This document shows positions 54,638 through 64,000 of a stretch of 64,000 bases of DNA, in pieces (position 1 is the first letter of the stretch; the number at the start of each line of letters is the position of its first letter). Source of the DNA: Eledone cirrhosa. Taxonomy: Eukaryota. The notes under the pieces are model-generated. The model was not told the origin of the DNA and did not search any database. It was given only the letters and a program-made list of their open reading frames with translations. The translations under genes and the position numbers were made by a program. The stretch is from positions 246,574,001-246,638,000 of the forward strand of contig OZ024740.1 of the NCBI GenBank assembly GCA_964016885.1, given 5' to 3'.

Positions 54638-55829
54638 AATGTGAATAAAGCCCTTATTGTATAGCCAACCATGTCACTCCTCTTTCTTAAAATATATATA
54701 TATATAATATTGTTTGTAAATTTAGACAATTGTATATTTGTACGTCTATGAATTATACAATCTCGAATATTCATTTAGTGATTTTGTTTCATGACTGCTT
54801 CGGCAAATACAGGGTGATTACGGTCCACTGAAAATGCCAGAACGCACACCAAAACAAGACTGGAATTGTATCAACCACATCGTTCTCCCCACACTCGGAG
54901 AAACGACGAAGTTCTATGGGAACAAATCCTTCTCCCACGCAAAAACATAACAAAAAATACATTGACACATATATTCTGCCTAACAATAGTATGATCTCAA
55001 ATGCTAAAACGACCAATGTATTCAATAGATTCACATGCCCATATTACATTCGCATAGTCTAAATGCAGACTTCAGTGGCGACAGTAGCATGAGTCTTAGT
55101 AAAAACTAGCTTTTCTATGCAATTGCTAAACTAGCTAACTTGAAGACTCTCCATTACCATACATAATTGAAAGTTAAGCTAGTTAGTGAGTGGGCCCCCT
55201 ACATAGTCACTCGATATGCTAGGTATCTTAGCGAAATCTATCTTCCAAATCATTCCGTGTCGTCTTATCAGAAAAAGAGTAAAAACCAGATACATTGGAA
55301 AACGACTGTTTGAAAAAAAAACTGAATGGAATATCTTTGATCTTAGGACAATTCCATCAGGACTAACCTGGAGCTAAACGACAACAGCAGCAACAACTAC
55401 AACTTCAACGGTAACAAAAACATCAGAAACGACAACAACTACGACTACAACGGTGACAATATCTGCAACAACAACGACAACAACGTTAAGAAGTTAGAGA
55501 AATTCCCTCTATATCCATTAAAACATTGTAAAATTTACGAAACGGCTAGTTATATTTATGCTGCTTAGTCAGAGAGGGAAAGGTAATGCTTATGATACAT
55601 GTTAGAGCCTTCGAGACTTGTAAGAAGGAAGAACGAAGGTGTCTTTAAACTAGCAAGCTGACCCAAATGCTTACTAAAATAGACTCCATTGAAGGTACTT
55701 AACAACTGGCCAGTGCTTCTAAACCGAGTTCTTGACAAGGTTTGTTTACTATCCAACTAAACCAGGGTAAGATTTAAAATCAGAAAGCAAAACAACCTGA
55801 ACAGTTCTGTCAGTCCATCACCCAAGAGG

Positions 55830-55950
55830 GGTGTCTATTTATTGGCACTCAAAAAGATGAAACCGAAGTTGACTTCGGTGATATTTGAACTCAGAATGCA
55901 AGGGGTCGGAATACTGCAAGGGATTTTGTCCTACATAGCAACGCTTCTAC
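55830..55950 (-). mobile_element. Old SINE fragment
   Basis: Diverged match to the SINE B-box region (ATTTGAACTCAGAAT). Confidence 0.55.
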
Positions 55951-56827
55951 TCAATTTAGTTATGTTCCTTTAAAATGCAGATTTGAATTCCCCAAAGGTA
56001 AACCTAGCTTTATGGGATAAGTTAGGGACAGGCCGGCTTTACTATTAGGCCAACAAAGCAATCCCCTAAGGTACAGACCTCTGAGATGCTCATTACTGAA
56101 GCATAGAATATTACAGGCATAGTCAAATTTGTGGAATGAAATTGACTTCCATCGGTTTCGATGATGAGCATTCCAATTGTTTAATCAACGGAAAATCTTG
56201 CTCATGAAATTAACATGTAAGGAGCAGAAAACTCAACAGACATGTATCCATAACGTAATTCTCAAGGAGATGTATGACACAGTCTGTGACAAAGCTGACC
56301 CTTTAAATTATAGGTACAGCCCATCCGACGGACTCCCAAACAATTTCCTATTCCTGCAATCAATAAATAAATAACTAAATACCTTTGCCTCATGGCAACG
56401 TTGTAGATATATCCAAAGCAGTGAATAAGGTTGTATTGTGTTATTATCTGTTAGATGATTTGGCGTGGATACTGTAGTAGAAGAGGGAAGCATAGTAATT
56501 ATCTTAGTGTGGGCAAGGCAAGTGGTGTCAAAACTTACCTTTGTCGGCTTGCTGAACTGTAAGTTGAAATTATTTTATTTAGGAGAAAAGGATACATGTG
56601 AGGCTAGTCTAGGGCGCTAACATACCACCCAGGCGCCGTATCTGATAATTGATAATGAATTAAAGGAAAACATTCAGCAGGAATTTCCTAATTCTCTCAT
56701 AGGAAAATCAACTGCAAGTAAATGTCATGTTCTGCATATCCCACATGCCGGAGACATTAAGACTTAGAACTCGTTACCCATAAACTTCTAATCTAAATTT
56801 ACAGTAAAGAAGAAGAAGAAGAAGAAG

Positions 56828-56917
<90 letters not shown>

Positions 56918-57124
56918 TACAATCGACACAATTCTTTTGATAAGACCTGAATAAATACTTGATTAAGTTTATTGTAATAGTAGTATTGGGAGAAAGTCTA
57001 TTTACGATTTTATGATCTGCTAAGAACAAAGAATGGGAAATAAGATTTTTGAAAATATTTGGTTAACGAGACTTTTTAATTATACGTTTTTTTCCATACG
57101 CACACACGCACGCATGCACAGAAA

Positions 57125-57206
<82 letters not shown>

Positions 57207-57395
57207 CTTCCCCATATGTGTGTGTTTGTATGCGTGTGTTACACTTATATATGCATTCACACGCACAAACAAAATTATATATATATATACGTGTCTGTGT
57301 GTGTGTATGCAAAAGGTAAACAGAAATAACAACACAATCGGTACAGTATATGGAAGGGATTTATTAGGTTAACGCTTGATATAGCAGGAAGAGGG

Positions 57396-57432
57396 TTTTA
57401 ACGTTTCGGACGCTAGTCCTTCATCAGAAGAA
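57396..57432 (-). ncRNA. Minimal type I hammerhead ribozyme
   Basis: TT-CTGATGA-A-GGAC-TAGC-GTCC-GAAA-CG-TT-AA; palindromic AACGTT; AATAAA about 35 nt downstream; weak stem I. Confidence 0.65.
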
Positions 57433-57711
57433 AAGAATGAGAAATAAGATTGATTAAGGGTACGGGCGGGATGGAATTGGAAAAAATGTCTTTAGATAAA
57501 AATAATAGGTCCATTCATGTTGACATATATATGGGTGTGGTAAAAAAACGAGGTGGACCATAACCCACCACAATACTCGATACTTGGGGTAGTAGAGTGG
57601 GTAATATGAAGAGATGCAGGACCCCGACGACTGAGCTCCGGCCGTTTCGGCGGCTAGATCGGATCTAGCTGTCGAAACGGCCGGATCTCAGCCGTCGGGG
57701 TCCTGCTTCTC

Positions 57712-57789
<78 letters not shown>

Positions 57790-57942
57790 AACATATATAC
57801 ATAGCACATATAGGTGTATAGGTGCAGGTTAATTACGTCCATAGGTGGTATGCCGAGTGAGCACTCAATGCTCGCGCAGAGCAGAGTATAATAATATAAA
57901 AATAAAGGAACAAAGAATCAGTGTGGCAACATATTTAATAAT

Positions 57943-58030
57943 ATATTACATGTGTTTCACTGTCGATCAGCTCGAGGGACGATCTATTATTGATCGAACC
58001 TGACTCTGGAATCGAAAGATCCTCACATAT
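57943..58030 (-). ncRNA. Lesioned hammerhead with long stem II (family E); inverted homologue at 59412-59479 (+) keeps CTGAGGA
   Basis: ATAT-[G/C]TGAGGA-T-CTTTCGAT...ATCGACAG-T-GAAA-CACATG-TA-ATAT. Confidence 0.6.
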
Positions 58031-58123
58031 GCCTCAGTATGTAATCTCGTGTGTATGTGTGTGTATATGTATATGTGTGTATATATATGGGTATATATAG
58101 ATGTGTGTGTATATATGTGTGTA

Positions 58124-58214
<91 letters not shown>

Positions 58215-58281
58215 CGTAAAATAAGAAAATTTAAAAAAAAAAAAAATTTTTTTAAAATTAACTCTATTACTTAAATTTTCA

Positions 58282-58361
58282 CTCCAACTAATTAGTTTCT
58301 GCAATGGGATAAAGACAGTTACGTAATGAACTGTTGAGAATTTCATTGCGTCATCAGGGAG
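58282..58361 (-). ncRNA. Type I hammerhead ribozyme, intact, extended stem II (family F)
   Basis: CTCC-CTGATGA-C-GCAATG..(ACAGTT/AACTGT)..CATTGC-A-GAAA-CTAATTAG-TT-GGAG. Confidence 0.8.
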
Positions 58362-58936
58362 ATCTATTCTCAGCCAAGTCTCCAGGCAATGCGCGGACAC
58401 TGGGGACTCATATAAAAATAATAATAATTCGGTAAATGGAACAGCTATCGAGGACTGGATTCCAGGCACTGAAAATTCTCACTGCCACTGGTCATATGGC
58501 CGATTCTAAAGAATCAATCACGTGACACAGAGGCTAGTCAGTAGGAATGGGATGGTAAGATGACAGACGCCTACTAACACCCCCCAAACAAATTTTAGAA
58601 GTGGTTTTGGCAGGTTTGCTCGACAAATCAGTGATTTGGAGATAAATATAGATAATTTAATATATCTACTAACATAAGCGCACAGATGTACGCTAATGCC
58701 AGCAAATACACAGGTTATGTCATAGTACCTAGGTGGTTCAATGCAGGAGGATGCAGAACAATAATATAAAAGACGTAAAATAAGAAAATAAAAAAAAAAA
58801 ATAAAAAAAAAATTAACTTACTTACTTAAATTTTCACTCCAACTAATTAGTTTATGACATGACCTGTGTATTTGCTGGCATTAGCGTACATCTGTTCGCT
58901 TATGTTAGTAGATATATTAAATTATCTATATCTATA

Positions 58937-59008
<72 letters not shown>

Positions 59009-59820
59009 TATGTGTGTGAGTGGGTGGATACGTGCGCACATACGTATGTGTGTACGTGCGTGCCAGATGTGCGAGTGTAAGTACATATTTGTCTTGTTAT
59101 CATGTCCACTGTATAATCGTTTCCCTTTCTATTACCTGTCAACACCAACGCGTATTAAGTATGACTTATAGCCTAACGAACGTTTCAAACTATTGTGACT
59201 GTGAAAGACAGGCAGACAGTCTTTCATGCATGAATGCACGCAACAACTTGACCGGATGGGAAATAGACGTTGTTTGCGAATAAACCAATTTTAGGATGAA
59301 TAAGAAACCAATGGGCGGAGACCGCAAAATACCACGTTTTTGGAATGTGGTAAATATAACAAGGTATTGGAGATATTCGCACAAACCAGAGACAAGCTTC
59401 CATATTGAGGCATATCTGAGGATCTTTCGTTTCAAGAGTCAGGTTCGATCAATAATAGATCGTTCCTCGGTCAGTGAAAGCTTGGTTGTTCTCCTTACTC
59501 CTTCTCTGTTAATAGCTTGGTTGTGACCAGTCACAACCAAGCTATTAACAGAGAAGGATAGACAGAGAAATGAACTCTTTTCTCTGAATGAACATGTATG
59601 TGAAAATTAATTTTTCTTCCCCTTTTTATTTTTATTATTATTATAAAAATATGCAACTTAACAATATTCTGCATATCCGCAAGTGACAATGCATATAATG
59701 CTGAAACCGGTATTGTAAATAAATTAATGTTTTGATATTTCACATAAAAAATCTTTTCAGCATTTTCTACAGAAAAAATCTTTTTTCTTTCTACTATTTC
59801 TTTATATATATATATATATA

Positions 59821-59913
59821 TTATAAAAATTATAAAAAATTATAAAAAATTATAAAAAATTATAAAAAATTATAAAAAATTATAAAAAATTATAAAAAAT
59901 TATAAAAAATTAT
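59821..59913. repeat. Tandem array of 10-mer TTATAAAAAA (about 9 units)
   Basis: Directly visible, between (TA)n and a hammerhead-bearing insertion. Confidence 0.95.
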
Positions 59914-59975
59914 TCTTCCCTATTCTTCTGAGTTTTGGATTGTTCTAGCCGTTAATGCTTCTTGTATCTTTTCTT

Positions 59976-60016
59976 GCCCTGATGAGTCCTTATTAATGGG
60001 ACGAAACATTGTTGGC
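59976..60016 (+). ncRNA. Minimal type I hammerhead ribozyme, canonical core (family G)
   Basis: GCC-CTGATGA-GTCCT-TATTAAT-GGGAC-GAAA-CATTG-TT-GGC-T-AATAAA. Confidence 0.85.
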
Positions 60017-60164
60017 TAATAAAGACTTTTGATGTATTGAAGGCTTCTTTGATTATTTTTTATAATTTTTCGGCTCTGTTGTATTACATTGAGCTATATT
60101 TTATACTGTCATTTCTATAATACGACGAGTGTGTTTAACTCCAACGCACTCTAGTATTTCAATT

Positions 60165-60204
<40 letters not shown>

Positions 60205-60383
60205 TACAATAACAGAGAAAGCTTTACGCTAAACTCCGACTGGTAACCATCTCACTCAACTCAACAAACATTAGGTTAGTATAAACCTAATTTAGTGTCT
60301 GGGGTGCTAACTATATGTATTTTGTGGAAAGCCAGTTGTATTATTTTATATGAGATATAATTAAAATTAAAATATATCTCTCT

Positions 60384-60508
60384 TTCCAAACAATTGTTTC
60401 ATTATAAGTATTCTACAAGTTGGGAGAATATTTCCAGTTTATGTAGAAGCCTAATATATTTTCATGTAAGAATACAATTAGGTGGGCACTTATAAATCGT
60501 CAGTGGAA
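60384..60508 (-). ncRNA. Type I hammerhead ribozyme with ~95-nt stem II domain
   Basis: TTCCA-CTGACGA-T-TTATAAGT...ACTTATAA-T-GAAA-CAATTG-TT-TGGAA. Confidence 0.8.
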
Positions 60509-61376
60509 GCCCATTAAACTTTGATATAAGAAAAATTTCTTACCGCAGTTAATTTTCGTGTCTGCTAATTTGTCCCTTCACGCATCGAATGACCGCCAAA
60601 TTTGAAATTCCAGCAGTCCTTTGACTGAGGAAGTATTATAGCGTCATGAAGCGGGAAAGGGAGACAATCACGAGTCACGAGAAAAGAAAAACAATATACA
60701 CGTGGGTTAATTAGTTTTTTCAAAAACATTATCAATCCTTCGTGTTAAGAACTCAATTAATATTAAAAAATAAATGTATGCGTGTATTAATTACACACGC
60801 ATATAGATATTTTCTTAGGCTAAAAACAGAGAAGTGATACCTGAATAACGAACAATATCTCACAACTGTAACAAATACGGAAAGTTACGCCTTAAAAGAC
60901 ATTTGGGAATGTAAATCTCTGGCCAAATTAAGAGTAAAATATTTAATACACGCGGGTTAATTAGTTATTTCAAAACCAATATCAATTCCGCGTGTTAAGA
61001 ACTCAATTAATTTAAAAAAATAAATGTATGCATGTAATTATTTACACACGCATATAGATATTTTCTTAGGCTAAAAACAGAGAAGTGATAACCAAAAAAC
61101 GAACAATATCTCATAACAGTAAGAAATACGGAAAGTTATGTTTATAAGGTACCTGGAAATAAAAATCTCTGGCCAAATCAAGAGTAAAATATTAATACAA
61201 TAACAGAGAAAGCTTTACGCTAAACTCCGACTGGTAACCATCTCACTCAACAAACATTAGGTTATACGTTAGTATAAACCCAATTTAGTGTCTGGGGTGC
61301 TAACTATATGTATTTTGTGGAAAGCCAGTTGTATTATTTTATATGAGATATAATTAAAATTAAAATATATCTCTCT

Positions 61377-61501
61377 TTCCAAACAATTGTTTCATTATAA
61401 GTATTCTACAAATTGGGAGAATATTTCCAGTTTATGTAGAAGCCTAATATATTTTCATGTAAGAATACAATTAGGTGGGCATTTATAAATCGTCAGTGGA
61501 A
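61377..61501 (-). ncRNA. Second copy of the same hammerhead ribozyme
   Basis: Same core and stems as 60384-60508, with one substitution in the closing stem II. Confidence 0.8.
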
Positions 61502-62436
61502 GCCCATTAAACTTTATATATATATATGAAAAAAGGAAAAGAATGACTTCACTTGTAGTTCTAAACAATTTAGTTTTATAATAGTATACCTTTACAATTT
61601 TGTTTTGTGGATCTAGTAAGTTCTTTGTTAACTTCGGTGGGGAGGTGTTTTAAAGATTCCTGGTTAACTTTCCTGGAAAACTTTCTCGCATTCGTGGGTG
61701 GCGATTGTCAAGCTGATCTCAGGTTGTGTTGTGATGCGTGCCTATTTATAAGAGACTTGGGAGTGTCTAGGGGTGGGGGTGTTAGTGAGTGTGGGAGTGA
61801 AGGAGTGTTGATGAAGATTTAAAACAATTAAAGCATATAATATACACAAAAGGTGAAAGAAAATAGTGAATGGTAAAAGCAAGATAATTGATTGAGGTGT
61901 TGGGTGTGAGGGAGCCGGATGTGATGGTCAGATTTGTTCCAATGAGGTCATGTTGATGGGTGTTTAAGGAGTGTTTTAGAACGGGCTTGTGAAAGGGCCC
62001 TCCTGCTGGTTCCATTTCAATAGACGACCTTTGATGAATAAAATACTAGCGAAATATAATGGCCAGATCCTTTTCAAATTCTCTTCTTATAACTGAATAA
62101 ACTACCTTGAATTTATAAACAAAAGCTTCAACAACTTTCTTTATTAAAGATGAATTTAGGTGTGGTTGGGAGTGGGTGTGGGGTTAATAAGGTCTTTCGA
62201 TAAAAAGGAGATGACAGCTAAGAGAGAAATATGGTTAGTTTTGGAATATTTGTTAATAGAAATGTATATTGTTGTTGTTGGTTTGGAAGGGTTGGGGTGG
62301 GGGTCATGCTAGCTCACATATTTACTTCCCTACATATAAACATACATACAGCCCATATACATATTCTAGTTCATACATACCCATATATTTACACATGCAC
62401 ATGCACTCACACATATATACTTATATATACATACAT

Positions 62437-62531
<95 letters not shown>

Positions 62532-62574
62532 CTCACATATATACATATATATATACACACATACATACATGTCC

Positions 62575-64000
62575 TGGGTATGACATTAAACAGATCCAGT
62601 GGCAAGGCTCCAGTTGGGGAGTTCAGGAGCTGTGAGGAATGTAGAGTTACCCCTAGTTGTTATCACTCCCAGGTCTGCTCTGGCCCGGAGTAGTAGTACT
62701 TGTTAGGGCTCCATTTATGGGTTAAATAATTACCTATTAGAGTGGCGCCGGTAAGGTATTATCAGCCATTGAAAAGAACCATGGAGAGTCGATTTAGCAG
62801 CACTAGGGTTAGAACCCCTAACTACACTGTCAAGGAGCAGTCTGGTTCTTATAACTCTACTGGTTTAGAGCCACAGGAAGGGCCAGTGGATGATGGATCA
62901 GCTATCTCTGAGACAAATATAAAGAATGCAGTTTTGTCCTGCAGAAGAGCCATCAAAATGGGCACTCTGAATGTGAGGACTGTTCGGAGGCTGGAAAGAG
63001 AGAATAGTTGGGTCATTTGTTCGAGAAGAGTGGTATGCAGATACTTGCGATCCAAGAACACATGATGCTACACGATGAGCCCGTGAAGAGTGTGATGATT
63101 GGGAAGAGGAGCTAGCTCATCATCGCATCAGCAGTGAGAAACACAACGAATGCTGCAGTAGGAGGATTGGGTTTTGTGTTCAGTGCAAAAACCAATCTAT
63201 TGGTGACGGAAATCATACCTGTCTCCCCGCGAGTGTTGAGGGTGACCTTCAATGGAAAGACTGACAGTCATCTCGGCCTATAGTCCAACCGAGGGAGACA
63301 GTGATGTGAGTGCGGAGGAGTTCCACGAGGAAGTGTGTAAAGCTGTCAACACCACACCAGCTCATAACATCTTGCTTGTTCTGGGGCACATCTGAGTAAG
63401 GAGAGCATTAAAGATCCTTGCTAGTACTCCCATAACAACACCAACCGAAATACTGAAAGACACCCTGCTAGAGGCTAACTTGATGGCAACCAGCCTGAGG
63501 TTTAGGAAGAATCCGAGGAAGATGTGGACCTACATCTCTGATATGCACCTGTCCAAGTCCCAGATTGATTTCATTCTGGTGAGGAAAAAGTGGCGGAATA
63601 GTGTTCTGAACACAGAACCATACAACTATTTCAGTACACCAGGCAGTGACCACTGGCTTGTTATGAGTGAGGTCCGGATGAGCTTAAGAAAGAGCAGGGA
63701 TCAGCCTCGGAGAGCAATCTATGACTAAGGAACTTTCAAGGAAGATGATAAGCTACAGGAGAGGTTGACAGTAGAAATGAGGAACAGGTTCAGTGCTCTG
63801 TGTGGAGAGACAGAGGAGAGAGAGATTGGAGGGACTGAGGAGAGTGTGACGAGGAGGTACGGGTACTTCACCAATGCAGTGGCGGAAACAAGTGAGACCC
63901 TGGTGCCGAGGAGAGAGAACAAAAGGAAGCACGTCAGCTCTGCAGACCCAAAAGTGTGTGCAGCCAGAGAACACCTGAAAGCTGCCAAGGACCAATTCTA
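62575..64000 (+). mobile_element. 5' part of a decayed RTE-clade LINE (5'UTR + endonuclease); runs off the window
   Basis: MGTLNVRT, ISAYSPTE, SQIDFILV, GSDH motifs across frameshifts. Confidence 0.85.

Larger units (their letters stand above)
60201..61515 (-). mobile_element. Non-coding element with ~320-bp direct terminal repeats, each containing a hammerhead (retrozyme-like / non-autonomous PLE)
   Basis: Repeats 60201-60522 and 61192-61515; internal ~250-bp tandem duplication; (TA)n on both sides; no ORF of 60 aa or more in the track. Confidence 0.85.

Noticed and set aside
54789-55034. 81-aa hydrophobic ORF in non-repeat sequence
   Set aside because: No recognisable domain or consistent exon structure.

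Overview
This is AT-rich, microsatellite-dense eukaryotic DNA. The repeat mix suggests an octopus or other coleoid cephalopod, but that is an inference. No host protein-coding gene can be supported; the window is almost entirely mobile DNA. It contains a head-to-tail cluster of three Tx1/L1-clade LINEs joined by (AAT)n, one of them full length with a single stop in each ORF, plus a scrambled fourth copy. It also has five decayed RTE-type LINEs, an R4/Dong-like fragment, a mariner with both TIRs, a Tc1-like fragment, a Helitron 3' end, about 12 tRNA-type SINE copies and at least four Penelope-like (PLE) coding fragments. The most interesting layer is non-coding: many short PLE-type insertions in (TA)n tracts. 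They carry type I hammerhead ribozymes (about 8 with intact cores, several with 50-120 nt stem II domains and palindromic stem III) and often have an inverted arm. Families unrelated in sequence share a covarying bulged hairpin, RYUC-stem-loop-stem-UH-GARY, about 40-80 nt from the 3' junction. One of them (60201-61515) is a retrozyme-like unit with two ribozymes 993 nt apart. All structures were read by eye and need computational and experimental confirmation.
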